Positions 19,839 to 33,100 of a stretch of DNA of 60,985 nucleotides are shown here, piece by piece. The translations under genes and the position numbers were made by a program. Source of the stretch: a virus (lineage: Duplodnaviria > Caudoviricetes); the IMG/VR virus record IMGVR_UViG_3300049043_000348, positions 1 through 60,985 of that record; one strand, given 5' to 3'. The stretch's first letter is position 1. Every line of letters starts with the position of its first letter. Below the pieces are notes generated by a model. It was given only the letters and a program-made list of their open reading frames with translations, searched no databases and was not told the origin of the DNA.

Positions 19839-20359
19839 ATGGGATAAATCTGAAAAATTTCATTTTCAATCGCCGCAGGATGTATAGTTAATAATCCTAA
19901 GTTCTTATTCCAAGAGAAGTAACTATCTCCGTTTAGATTGAGTGTACTTTGTGGTATACCATTTCTTACAAATAAGATATTAAATCCTATGAAGGCTGGA
20001 ATAGTTGCATTTGTTGCGCCTGTGGGAACAAGTGACGTAGCACTTACTTCAAAGATGTAAGGGTTTGGTATTTGAGAAGGATTGACGGGACTAATCGTTC
20101 CGCCTGTTCCTGCAATCTGTTGTGCTTGTAAGTTATACCCTCTGCAAAGAGCATATAAATAATTTGATGTCTCTACTAATGACGGATCATTTGGATTAAG
20201 GTTATACCAATATTCAATACCAAATATTTCATTTGCTAATATCTGTGGCGTATCTGGCACTACTCTTTTGCCCATAAATCTGCCTTTCTCAATATCAAGC
20301 GTTGCTATGTACATTGAGATTTTAGCAATATCTAAAATATTAGCGGTTGTTAGTGGCAT
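19835..20359 (-). CDS. Putative virion structural protein
   Basis: MPLTTANILDIAK start; late-operon position. Confidence 0.6.
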   Translation of the reverse strand: MPLTTANILDIAKISMYIATLDIEKGRFMGKRVVPDTPQILANEIFGIEYWYNLNPNDPSLVETSNYLYALCRGYNLQAQQIAGTGGTISPVNPSQIPNPYIFEVSATSLVPTGATNATIPAFIGFNILFVRNGIPQSTLNLNGDSYFSWNKNLGLLTIHPAAIENEIFQIYPI

Positions 20360-20360
20360 T

Positions 20361-20888
20361 TTAAAAAAGTAGATTTTGGTTCGTAACCATATATGTTGCA
20401 AGGTCGTAACACTCCTGAGCAGAAGTGATATCATACCCAAGTGTTATTGCGTTATTTCCTGAATCGATGAGAGTTTTCAACTTGCTTTTGTTCTGAAAGT
20501 ACGTTGTATCCTGTAGGATAAATGAAGGATTACTAATAGCAGCTTGTCCTTGAGTTAAAGAATAATAGAAGGTCAAATTGTATAGTGTGAAACCTGCGAG
20601 GGAAGTCTTGGTATACAAGGTCACCCCTGCGGAGTTTACCCAGTTTACTGTTACTGATAAGGCACTATCGGCTGTCAAGCAGTTAATAGAGATAGATGTT
20701 TGTGCAAGGGGCCATACGACATAGTTGGTAGTGGTTCCACTCGGTACCACATATTCCCCGGCATAATTAACTAAAAAAACTCTTCTCCCTGTTATGGCTA
20801 CATCTGATCCTGTAGAGGTATCTGTAACTATTACGTTAGAGGGAAGTCCTGCCTGTTGTGACGTACTAAAATTAGGAACAAGTGGCAT
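20361..20888 (-). CDS. Putative virion structural protein
   Basis: Beta-rich TDTSTGSD; late operon. Confidence 0.6.
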   Translation of the reverse strand: MPLVPNFSTSQQAGLPSNVIVTDTSTGSDVAITGRRVFLVNYAGEYVVPSGTTTNYVVWPLAQTSISINCLTADSALSVTVNWVNSAGVTLYTKTSLAGFTLYNLTFYYSLTQGQAAISNPSFILQDTTYFQNKSKLKTLIDSGNNAITLGYDITSAQECYDLATYMVTNQNLLF

Positions 20889-20912
20889 CTCTTAATATAT
20901 TAAATTGTTAAT

Positions 20913-20920
20913 CAAAGTTA
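20913..20920 (-). promoter_or_regulatory. Bacteroidota -7 promoter element
   Basis: TAACTTTG on - strand. Confidence 0.55.
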
Positions 20921-20927
20921 CTAAAAT

Positions 20928-23900
20928 TTACTTGTATTCTTGAAGGGTTTTAAATAAATCAAACTGCAATTCTTCAAGGAAATCTTTAGGCTTTTCCTTG
21001 GGTTTCAAGTCCTTGTATTGATTATAGAATTTCTTTACTCCATCAACTCTACCTTTTTCGTATAAATAATTTAAAACCTTCTTTTTGTTTTCTGGGTTTT
21101 TTAAGTCGCTATATAAAATATTATAGCCTTCTAGTTTTGCACTATCGTTAACAAATGGGGCTATCCTTGCCTTTCTAGCGGCCCCTACAAATTCTTGAAG
21201 GGTTCTTGTTTGATCTGCCGTCAATTGTTTGCCGTTAAGGGAAGAAGTGACGGCTGGAGGGAAGAAATTAATGTCGTTGTACTTTTTAGCATCATCATAT
21301 AAAGGTCTGGCAAACATATCTTTATTAACTCTTGTGATATTAAATAGCTTCTGAATAGTTCCTCCCTGCTTTTGGATAGGCTCTCCCCAAATACTGATTT
21401 TAGAAGGAGGATATTTCCCTGTCAATTCTCTCACAAAAGAAGACCTTGTAAGCATAGAATTTTCAAGCTCTTTTAGAAAAGTGTCTGCTTTTTGAGTAGT
21501 ATAATTGGGTATTTGCGCTCTTGATATTTGAGCAAAAGTGGCTGGGTGAACTATATTAGTAAACATATTCAACGTAGTCGTTAAATATCTATTTGGGTTA
21601 CCCGTGCTTAAATAAGATAACAAAGATGATGTATTAGCAAAAACCCCCTGCTCCAATTCCTGAAGAACGTCTGTCGCTAGTTCCCCAAGCATAAAATCAT
21701 AATAATCCGCTTCTGTCTTTTTTTGCTCGGGAGTCATATTTTCATACTTTCTAGCAATTGCATTTCCAACTGTTCCCCCATTGCCCAAACCACCTATTAG
21801 GAATTAAAAGACCAGTTGTGACTTTTGTTGGATCTTCCCCGCTCAGTACAGCATTTAATTTATCTATGTTAACGGTTCCTTGCCCCTCGTAAAACGCCTT
21901 ACCTTCTCTCTCTCTTTTACTTTCTTCTTCATCAGAGCCAGCATTATAAACGGCTGCCTTAACTAGAGCAATCACAACGGCTTTCATTGCAAATCCTACT
22001 ATAGAATGAGCTAGCCAATATCTTGATTCTCTAAGGGCGAGCTTAGCTTTATTTTCTTCCCCAATTCTATTTAAATAAAAGGCTCTTCCTCCGTGTGCAA
22101 AAGATTGTAAAAAGGCTATTTCTGGATTTACTAAATTGTAATAAGACCAGTATGCGTTAGTTGGAATTTTTATGTAAGGGGAAACTGTGGTAGTCTTAAT
22201 CAAGTTAGCTAATCCCGTTTCTTTTCCTTTCCCAAAAACGGTATTAAACACAGCTGATAAAGCAGTATTTACCAAATTATCTTGCTGGAAAGTAGCCCTT
22301 TGCCCTTCTTTTATAATTACATCTTTTATGTAATCTGCCTTTTTAGCTGCTTCGGCATCACTTAACCCTTTTGATTTATATATTCTATATGCTTCCTCTC
22401 TTGGAAATTCTATAAATATTTTATAATCCAAATCCTTTAACCCGAAAGACTTTGCAAACGCAGCCGCTTGCGCTCCTTCGGCAGCAAATCTTTGCGGTTT
22501 ATCACCAATATTAAGCGCTCTAGCAACAGCCTCAGCGGGTATACCTACTGAAGCCTGAATACGCTTATCCCATTTTTGAGCGGCTGTTAGCTTTTTCTTA
22601 CCTTTAAAAGAAGCCCATAAATCTTTCATAGCTTCTAATGGTTGTATTTGCTGACCGCCAACCTCTTTCTGAAGATAATCTTGCCTATTAAGGCCGGTTA
22701 CTAATTGTTCTACAGATTCTTTAACCCCAAAACCTAATTTTTTGAAGAACTCCTTTTGAGTGCCAATAGTATTATATTCTCTTTGATATTCAGTTCCTGT
22801 TGCTTGAGCGGCAAGAGTTATTCCCCTATCCACCAAATCATTAATTAAGCCAACAGGTAACCTTAAGGTAGCTTGGTTCCAAATGTTATATATTGGGTTA
22901 TTTACAAGGGCTGGGATACCAAGCGTACTCAATTGCATAATAGAAGTGAGTCGTTTTATAATATCAGGCTTATTCCAAACAAGTTTATTAAGCTCCCGAG
23001 CAGCTTTACCTGACTCTATTTCAGCATTTCTAAAATCTTTAAGGCTTTGCTCAGTTCTATCTTCTCTGACTTTTTCCGCCATCCTTTCAACAGCGTTTGT
23101 CTTCGTAACAAGCTCTATAAATCTAGCCTGTTCTTCCTCTGTGAGTTCCGGATACCCCGTAACTTCTGCTATTATTTTTCTAAAATCATCATATTCAAGA
23201 CCTCCCGATTCGATGATTTGGTTAAAAGATTTTCTTACAACCTCGTATTGTTTTTTCTTTGAAAGCTTTTTAAGTTTTTTCCTAATTTTATTAAGAACAG
23301 ATTTTCCTTTCTTTTCTTTAAATACTTTTCTAGCTTCGCCTTCAACTTGTTTCGCGGTTTCTTCGTCAATAGGTTTACCTATGGTATCTTTTAAATCTAA
23401 AAATATTCTTTGAATAATTACTTCAACATTTGCAACCCCCTCTTGAATGTATGTTACTACTAATTCCCCAACATACTCAATACCTTCTTTTGTCAAACCA
23501 CCAGTAGTAAGAGTTAAACCTCCACCTTTCCCTTTTTTATATTTCTCTTTTAAAGCCGCCCTCTTTTGCCTTGCTGCTAGGACTTTTGCCTCGGAAACAC
23601 TGATTGAAGGTTCCGCGTTTTTACCTTGTAATTCTTGCTTAAGAGCATCTAATTCAGTCTTTATAATATCAAACGCTTCTTTCCAAGATTGTTCTTGGTT
23701 TTTAGAAAACTTACTAAACTCTTCTTCTCTTTTCGTATTCTCCATTATTACAATACCTAATGGAGATTTTTCATAAAAGTAATTTATGGCAGCATTAAAC
23801 CTACCGCCGTACTGGCTCTTTTCTCCGTATTGTATTCCTACTTCGGCAAATTTTTTAGCAAGAGCTTGTTTCTCTTCTGAAGTTTTAGCACTTTTCTCCA

Positions 23901-26900
23901 TCTTAGCTAATCTATTTAAAGATTCTGCGTAGATCAAAGAGTTTACGTCTCCATCAAATTCAAAGGAATTAGCAAGATTTAAAGCTTCATCAATACCCAC
24001 TTCATCAATAACCCCTTTAGCTATTAATTCTGCCTCTTTTTGGCTCTTGGTTTGGTATCTTAAACCCTCTTTCTCAAAGCCAATTCTTGCTTCTTCTGGA
24101 ATATTCTTGGCCGTATAAAGCCTGTTTAGTAATGCTTTTTTCTTTTCTTTTGGGACATATTCTTCTTCTCCTTCGGTTTTGGTGGGTGTTGGGGGAACAG
24201 GTGGTACTACTTCTTTAAGCTTCGGGCCACCTTCTGCTGTAGGAGGGCGCCTTCTAACCGGAGGTACAGCCCCTCTTTCTGCTTCTCTGATAGCTTGTTC
24301 ACGCGTTGCAGCAGTCTCGGGTTCTTTTCCACCCTCTGCTTCAGGTTCTTCTGTAGTTGGTTCATATTCTTCTTTTTCAAATGATTGTTCATCAGCCATT
24401 TCCTCAACCCATTTCACAAGGTCTTTTTCTGGTAGCGTATCTAATTCCCTAGCAAGAGCAAGATCTAAATCTCTTTGCTTTGCCTCTTTTTCTAATTCTT
24501 GGAAATACTCATCTACGGAAACTCTTGTTACGTCTTGGCCAACTCTAACCTCTACGTAACCAGTCTCAGCCATATCCTCAAGTGAATTAAGAATAGCATT
24601 TGCTCCTTTGCTTGGGATTCCTTCGTTAAGGTCTTTTAGGGCATTTTTAATTTGCCTTGCATCCATCTTTCTCCCGTCAGCGCCGATTATGACGTTCGGC
24701 ATAAAAAATCCAAAATCATACCCATAAGCATCTGCTACTCCATTGATTCTATCAAATAAGTTATTTAGCTTTTCCCCTCTTTGTTTAAGTGGTACAAATT
24801 TTTTATCAATAGCCATATTGCTGTATGACTTATCAATAGCTTTAGCACCTTTCACTCTAATTCTGCCCTCTCTATCTACTCTTGTTTCAAAGCCAAGTCT
24901 TTTTGCCTCAATTAATAATTGATTTCTTTTTGCAAGACCTTCTGAAGATTTTAAGCCTAATCGACCCCTGCGTTGATTATTAAATTTAGAAACCTCATTA
25001 ACAAGCTTATTTACTTCGGTTTGCTTTCCTTCTGGAGCTGCGTAATTTCTAAGCCTTTTGTCTATTTCTTTTTGCGTAGCTTCAGCTTTACTTTTTTGGG
25101 CAGCCGCAATCCTTTCGACTGGCGGTTCCACTCCTCTACGTTCACCCCCTTCTTCTCTAACTCCTTCTTGTGCAGGTTGAAGTAAGCCCTCTGGGCCTTG
25201 CTCTGGTACGGCATATTCTTTAGTTTTAATTTCTTCTTCTGTTATGGGTGCTTCTTCTTTGTATTTGCCAGCTTTTATATCTTCAACTACCTTATCTAAT
25301 AAAACTGCTTCTGGAACTCCATTGGGGTAAAGCCTGCTTAATGTTTTACCAACCTCAACAGCTTCTTCTGGAGTATTAAATTCTATATTAGCAATTGTAC
25401 CAGTATCCCCAACTCCTGAAACATTTAATAAAGTTTTATCTTTAAAATCATTAACCCTATACTTATCTGTTTCAAAATAAACATTAGAGCCAGTTCCTAA
25501 TTGTCTTATCGGTTCAGCTTTTTCGGGTGCTGCGGGAACTTGTGGAATCGCTTTAGTCCCCTTGTTTAATGCCTCTACGGATAATTCTGGACCTTTAATA
25601 AAATTTATGTTTGGAAAAGCAAGTTTTAATTTATCGTACAAGTATATACTTCTACCATTTAAAACGACAGAAAATTCGTTTAGATTATTTCGGTCACCTT
25701 TAAGGGTTTTCCCGGGTTTAGCGATAAGCATAAAATCACCATCATTATAAGCGTCTACAATATGTGCGCCAGTTTCCATAGATCCGCTTAATAAGGCTTC
25801 ATCTCCGATTAATTTCCCTGTGCTTAAAATATTTAATAAAGCCTTTAATTGTTGTTTATGGCCTCCTCTTGTGATTCCGTGACCAGCCGTGCTTCTTAGT
25901 ATATCTTTTGGTAAATTATTGTACCCAATTCTGCCTATTATAAGATTTGGCTCAGTTTCATAAAAGTCAAATACTTCTGGGAATTCACCTCCGGTATCTA
26001 ATATGGGCTTTATCAATTCTTGATTTTCATCTACCCATTTTTTTATTTTTTCCTCAGATGCAAAATCTTCAATTTCTTTTATTAATTTTTTTTGTTCGGC
26101 TGCAGGTGCCACTTCTTCCCCGACCTCCTCAATCTTAATCTGTTCTCTTAATTGAGCTGCTCTTTCTTTAGGTATTCTAGGTGTAGGGGGAACTTGTGGT
26201 GCTTTACCTAATTCGTAATCCGCTAATGATTGAGCTACTCTAACCCTAACAGAAGGCTTACCATTTATAACCCCTTCTCCAACTATTTTATCTTTAAACA
26301 CTTCAGGCACTTCCTCTCTTGAGCTATATTCAAAAGAGGCTATTTTACCCTCTTTAATATCTTTTGCTTGTTGCTCTATGCTTGGTTTTTCTGTTGGGAG
26401 AACTTGTGGTGCAGCTTCTTCTCCAAAGGAAGGCTCTGTAGTTTCCTCAAAATAAGCCTTAACACCTTTTGATTTTTGCGCATCCGTAAGTTGTGACCAA
26501 AACGTATCTCCTTCTAATCTTGAATCAAAGTAAGAGTGAGTCATTTCACCTTTTTCAGGATCAAAGTATTCTACTCTATATTTTTCTTTTGCTTCAGGAA
26601 CTTGTGGCGTTTCGGTAGCTCTATCAATGATAGCATCTTGTTCGGCTATCTGAGCGTCTATTTTTTTAGCAAATACAGGATCTAACCCTTTCTTCTGTAG
26701 TTCTAATTCTTTTTCTTTTGTATAGCCTCGAGTACCTCTGCGTTCTTTTTGTATTGTTCGGGAACAACTGACCGTACTTCTTGAACTTTTGTGTATTCAT
26801 TTTTAATCTCATCGGCTTGCGCGTCAGTAAGTTCTCCAGTCGCTTCAGATACATCAAGCATATCTTGCAACTCTTCGGGTTTAATATCTAATTTAGCAAT

Positions 26901-28000
26901 CTCTTGAATGGTTGGTTTACCTTGTTTCTTATTTTCAATAGCTGTTCCAACAATAATATCAGGCGCACCACCACCAACTTCACCTACCATTTCAGCAAAA
27001 ACTGCTGTAGGATTAAACTTTTGTCCTGATACTTTCTGTGCCGTTGCTTCCCCTGCACCAGCAAGACCAGCTTGAATACCAACTTCTGCTGCACCTCTTC
27101 CAACCTTTTGTAGCATCGTTTTTGCTGGCTTGCCTAATAATTTACCGCCCATTCCTGCGGAAAACATATCAAATAAAGCAATTGGAATAGCTCTTTTATT
27201 AGCAAATTCTCTTGCTTTTCTTAATGTTTCTGGGTTATCAAATCCTTTTTGTAAAGATTTTTCATTAGAAATATCTACTCCAGCTTCTCTAAAAGAATCT
27301 AAAATAGATGAAGCCATTTCAAGATTATAACCCGCGACTCCACTTCCTGCAAGATATCCTAATCCAGCACCTGCTGCTGTACCAAATCCCGGAACTACAC
27401 TACCTAACGCAGCCCCCATACCAGCACCAGCACCAGCCCTTGTAGCACCGTGTCTAATTAAGGCGGAAAGACTTTCTCCTATTAATTGAGAGCTAATCTC
27501 AATAGGGTTTTTAATAAATTCTTTTACAGATGTACCTAAGTCAGGAGCGCTATTAAACTTATTATACGCATCAGACGCGGGAAGTGCTTGCTGTTCTCTT
27601 GTTAATCTTGCAATTTCTTTTAAATCCTCTCTGCTTGGCATTTGGCCTAACGCCATCATATCTGCAATAGCTCCCTGCTTTACACCTCTTTGTAAAGAGT
27701 TAAAAAATGCTTCTACTTCTCCTATTTCTTTTTTTGCCTTGGGAAGTTTTGGGGCAGCAGCTCTTTCAATAGCCTTTTCTTCTGCTAAATCAAGTCCAAC
27801 AACGGGTTTAACGGCTGTGCTTACTGCAACTTCTCTTTTGGGGCGACCAAGTCCCACATCTTCCCCAACACCCTTAACCTCTACAGGCTGTACTTTAGCT
27901 GGCTTTAGTCCCTCGAATCCCGATGGGACTTCTGATAGTACCAGCTTTGCCACCAGTTTCTGAAATAGGTTCCGAAACTTCTTTTTTTAAACCAGGAACA
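20928..28000 (-). CDS. Giant internal virion/ejection protein (ORFs 26703-27953, 21751-26544 and 20928-21788 probably one gene; 5' end uncertain)
   Basis: Gly/Ala hydrophobic segment, E/K-rich linkers, helical C-terminus; position after pilot-like genes. Confidence 0.65.
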
Positions 28001-28636
28001 GGTTCAAAATCCTTCTTTATCAATAGGTAAACCAGATGTTTGAGGTTATTTGGACAACGTCAAATATGTCTTTATCGGACTTTTACTGGAACTGCATACT
28101 TAATATCATGTTAATCCAAGAGCAATTTGCTAAATAATCTGCAACGACTCATATTATTCTTTAATTGCACCCGCCTCAATATTGACTTCATTGTAAAACT
28201 TTTACCTCCTATTGCTTAATACGTTTTTGCTCTTTTAGGAAGCAGGTAGTTTTAGGTTCAGGAGGTCGCTGTTCCCCCATAATGAAGGCTGTGGCCCTTT
28301 TAAGGCTTCGGTATTATGTTTTATTTGAGCATTAGCAACAGCTTGTCTATATAGTTATAGGTAGTCAGGCTTGAGGAACTCAAGCAATTTTACCATCTTG
28401 TAAAATATTATAAAGAATAGTTCGGGTTTGCTGTCCCGTTGGATTGCTATCGGAGTCTCTATTACACTCCATATCCGCAAGCGTTAATTTGCATGTCATA
28501 TCTTCATATTCGATATCAACATCACTTGTTCAGCAAGCATAGACTCTCCTTTAAGAACTCTGGTTACCATTAACTCCTTGAAATATGTCCAGACATAACA
28601 GTCTTTGCTTTCTCCTATATCGTCAATAGAGTGGCC

Positions 28637-29599
28637 TTAAATCTGATATATTAGCTCGATCACCGCCGTAATCCATCCACCTCCTCCAAGATTCCAAGTA
28701 CTGCCTCTTGAGATAGCCCTCAAGTCAGTAGATATTCTTCTTTCTGCTTCTTCAATAGCTTCGGCCATAGCTAAACTTACTGGATTGTCATCATCTACTT
28801 CCATTTTAGGGAAGTATTTTTTTAATCGAATATTTTGTTCAGCTAATTTTTCTGGAGTTAAATTATTAAATCTTACTTTATAATAAGATTCTTTTTCGCC
28901 ATCAGCTTCTACATCCTTTGCAAAATTGGAAGCAATGCTTTTTATTGCCGATTCCCCAAATCCTTTCTTAATTTCATCGTATCCCTTAGTTTTACTTGGA
29001 CCAACACCTAATTCTGAAATTTCAATCCCGGGACCTTTTGCAGATTCATCAAAAGTTTTTTGAAAATCAAAAGGCTTAGGTATGTAATAATTTGGGTTAA
29101 ATTCTTTGTCTTCTCTAACAATTCCAAGATAAGGAGCATTAAAATCAAGAGGTAAATCGTGAATTTCTTTGTCAAGCATCAGCTTTTGAATGTCAACAGA
29201 TTTTCTTTTTTCAGGATTGGTAGAAATATCTAAAATAAAATTATTAAAAGATTTTGTTCCTTCTTTTGCTTCTTTACTTCTTGAAACAAATAATTTCAAC
29301 TGATCAGCAGCTTGTTCAAGCTGTAATCTTTTTTCTAAATTTTTTGGCGATTTTCTAAACTCATTACTTAATAACCTAAAATCGTCTACCTTTTTAGCAA
29401 ACTCTTTTTTGTCAATATTTCTCATCCCATAAGATTCTGGGATTTTTGACATTTCTTTTAAATAAGTATCAAGAGCTTCTTGTTCAGCAGCTTGCTTTTT
29501 TGCCCTTCTATCGGCAATTTTTTGTTGAAGGTCAAATAGTCCCTTATTATCAAAGACTACCGCCTCTGCGCTATATATGTTTGGGGAAATCGGAACCAT
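28637..29599 (-). CDS. Putative internal virion protein (3' end degraded)
   Basis: Helical charged 320-aa ORF in ejection cluster. Confidence 0.55.
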   Translation of the reverse strand: MVPISPNIYSAEAVVFDNKGLFDLQQKIADRRAKKQAAEQEALDTYLKEMSKIPESYGMRNIDKKEFAKKVDDFRLLSNEFRKSPKNLEKRLQLEQAADQLKLFVSRSKEAKEGTKSFNNFILDISTNPEKRKSVDIQKLMLDKEIHDLPLDFNAPYLGIVREDKEFNPNYYIPKPFDFQKTFDESAKGPGIEISELGVGPSKTKGYDEIKKGFGESAIKSIASNFAKDVEADGEKESYYKVRFNNLTPEKLAEQNIRLKKYFPKMEVDDDNPVSLAMAEAIEEAERRISTDLRAISRGSTWNLGGGGWITAVIELIYQI

Positions 29600-29657
29600 A
29601 TTATTAATTAGCTTTATTTATCCGTTTTTTTCTTGAGACATATACGCTTTTCCAATA

Positions 29658-30167
29658 TCAGTCAAGACCGCCATATATATTTGTTAATCCAGACCTTTTA
29701 ATTGCAGCTGTTCCAGCAGCCTTTGCAGCGGCGGCACTAATTTTTTGATTTTGTTTTGCAAGTTCGGCTTGTGTCTTCATTTGCGCAGCAGACGTATATT
29801 GCCCAAAACGACGATTCTTTTCTTCTTCAGCGCGACTCCTTGCGGCAAGAGATGACCTATTGGCAACATCTAAAATAGAAGGAATCCCGGCAAGAACATT
29901 GCCGGATTGTTGAAGCTTTCTTAATCCACTTGCTTGAGAGCGCTCAATATTTTGCATTTGTTCTTTATAAAAGGCAGACTGCTCTGGAGCTGCTCCATAT
30001 CTTCTTTTCGTTTCAGCATAGATATTAAGAAGACTTGGGAACTGGATAGCTTCAATTTCTTTACCTAAAGCTTTTTCTGCTTTTTTTTGACCGCTAAAAA
30101 TTGCTTGTCCTAATCCTCCTAACGCTTTAATCCCTCCGGCTAATGCCATTATAGTTGCTGGTTCCAT
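29658..30167 (-). CDS. Putative ejection/pilot protein
   Basis: Ala/Gly-rich amphipathic N-terminus, Q/A-rich helix. Confidence 0.6.
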   Translation of the reverse strand: MEPATIMALAGGIKALGGLGQAIFSGQKKAEKALGKEIEAIQFPSLLNIYAETKRRYGAAPEQSAFYKEQMQNIERSQASGLRKLQQSGNVLAGIPSILDVANRSSLAARSRAEEEKNRRFGQYTSAAQMKTQAELAKQNQKISAAAAKAAGTAAIKRSGLTNIYGGLD

Positions 30168-30190
30168 ATTTTAATTTTACTATTTAAAAA

Positions 30191-33100
30191 TTAACTTTTT
30201 ATAGTAAGAGGACTATCGGTAAATCTTACACTTACCTCTGTCAAATTTACTAAATTATTTGCATTTGATTTTTGAAATTTTGCCACTAACCAGTTCCCCT
30301 TCATAAAGTTACCATTTATTTTACCTCCAGATGAATTGGCGTCCCTTTTTATGGCCGAAGAAGGGTTGCCCTCAAGTAACTTAAATTCAGCATCTACAAG
30401 ACTGCTTTGCTGTTTTGTTGTTCCGTAAGAATAGGTATTGGTATACATTGAAGGAACTGCCCAGATGGCGCTTGCGATTTCGGCTACACTATTCCAAGAC
30501 TTTTTAGCGTGAATAACAGAATTAAATACTACCGTAATTTCGGCGTTATAGTCATTTCCGTAAAACCGGCAATAGTAATTGGTATTATTATGCTTATAAA
30601 TATTTCCATTTAACCAAGTATAAACCATATCATTAGCTCCCGTTGCCCATTCTGGGTGATAGTCATAAAACGAACAAAATCCGTTTCGGCTTTCATTGAA
30701 ACTGAAATTATAAGCCCCTTCGGCTGCGTGTACTATCGTTGCGGTGTATACCGTAAAGGTGGCGTTAAACAATGAGTTGATTAAAATATATGGGTAGGGG
30801 GAAGATGCGAATACGTTTGCCGCAAAATATTGGCTTGTTAAAAATTGATTACTTATTCCGTTCAATACGTCTAGCGCCGATTCACCTGCGGTACAGGTAT
30901 ATGTGTAAGTTTCGGTATTTGATACATTATCGGTTACGGTTATAATAACCTGATCCCCTTCAGCAGCCGTTCCGCTTAAATAAATACTATACTCTTTCTC
31001 ATTAGGACTAAGTATCTGATCTTCAATAGTTAAAGAACTTTCAGTCCCTTGAAGAATGGTGTGGTATTGATTTTCAAAAAAATCAAAAAATCCCATTACT
31101 TTAGAATTATATCCTCCGGGGCCAATTATTGCTTGATTATAAGGGGTGACTAATTGAGAAAGATAGTACTGCCCTTTATAAATCAAACCAAGATCAGTTA
31201 ATCCATCCCTACTTAATCTAATAGCTCTTCCCGTAACAACATCAACAAAATAGTCTGCTGAAGCCGAAGACGCTAAATTTGTTGGATATCCCGAAACCCC
31301 ATATACGCCAGCATAATACTGAATGTTATTGGTTGTAATAATAGTATTGGTAGTAACAAGTTCTGATTGCCCTTGATTGTTCTGGATAAACCTTGCGTAT
31401 ATTCCATACTGCCCTGTGCCTCTATCCTGAAACACTCTTAGTATCCTGTCTCTCGCCTTAAATCTTCTAATATCCCCTTTTGCCAAGTCTATTGTATCTA
31501 TGTCTTGGGGGAAGAAGCGGTTTAGCTCATTAACATTACTATCTTGAAAATATCCACCTCCCCATCTAACCGTAACAGGCAAATATTTTCTTTTAGCATT
31601 AACATTTATCGGCCATCCTTTTGAATTACTATTAGCTTGGCTTGACTGAAAATCATTATAATTCCTATCTATTACGCCGCAAGAGCCAATGCCATAATTT
31701 TCATAGAGGGGGTAATTTCTTAATTTGCAATACAGATACCCTTCGTCAAAAGAAAACAAAGCGGGTTGAGATGCTGTCTGATTCTGTGTTTGACCAGCGT
31801 GATACTTTACTCCACTTATTTCATAAATATCATATTTTTTACCCCATTCATAAAATATAACCTCTTCATCTTTTACCACGGGTGCTGGCGTATAAAGTTC
31901 TATAAGGGTTGTCTTTGAGTAAGACGGGATAACAAAACTTGGCTTTTTTACTTTAATAAAAGAACCTTTAGTAAGCTTATTTGGCGCAGTCATATCCCTT
32001 TCCTCAACGCCTAGGACTTGAAAATCGTATTGATTTAAATAAGCTGTAACATTTCCGGAAGTAAGCATCCCCGTAGAGACAAACTCTCCTAATATCTTAA
32101 CTCTATCTCCGGGGCTAAATTCATAACTTGGTATAAAATTATTTGCCGTGTTGTTATAAACAAGACCTTCAATGCAAAAATATAAATATTGAGAATCTGT
32201 CTGATAGTCGCTTGTTACATACTGAAGAAAAAATTGCGGAGACGCATCTTGTCTTACCCACTGATAAGAAACAGCCCAGTCAGGAGGCAAGTGATTTATT
32301 GAAGCGGCTATTCTTGGGAATGGGAGGCTTCCACCAATTTGCCCGGGATATTGAGGAGAAAAAACATCAAAATTTGTATTATCTGTAGCATTATTTAAAT
32401 AAGATATGACGCCATTCGTTTTCCCATATTTATCGAAATAAATAAGTCCAAATCTTTCTATTTGATCCCATTTCCACACCTTAGATACAATAGGGAAAGA
32501 ACTAGCTCCTGCCTGAAGAGTTGAGGTTATTTGGACATCTACATCTTCCCTAGCAAGATTATCATACCCTTCTGTAATACCACCGTATATAATTACATTT
32601 CCATTTAATAGTTCCATCGTATTAGCAACATCTGGAAGATAATCAAACCTAAGACCTGATTCTGCTATACTTATTGGAGTGTATATAGCGTCATTGTAAA
32701 AATTAAAAGTTTGAGTATATGGCAATAAACCAGCCACTCTATCTAAGTTTGTAACAAGAAAAAAATCACCCCACGTTGTTCCATTATACTCTTGTCCGTA
32801 AACTTCTATAGATTTAAAGTCATTTGTAGATGGCGTAGATATATCAAATATTGATATATAATTCCCATTAACGGGAAATTGAGGATCTTGCGGCTGAGAG
32901 ACAGCTAAAACTGGGCAAATTGAACTTGGAGAAAATGTAGACTTCTCTCCATTCTCATACACCCATCGGTAAGCAAATCTAAAATACCTATTTACAACAT
33001 TATTATATGTAATGTTAATATCCGTTCCATAACCAGCTCCGGGAGGGGCAAGTGGTGGTATTTTTGCCGCATTAAGCATATCTTCTGTAAAGGGTGCGAG

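Noticed and set aside
20928-28000. Giant protein as a crAss- or N4-type virion RNA polymerase
   Set aside because: No DxDGD or other polymerase catalytic motif recognised
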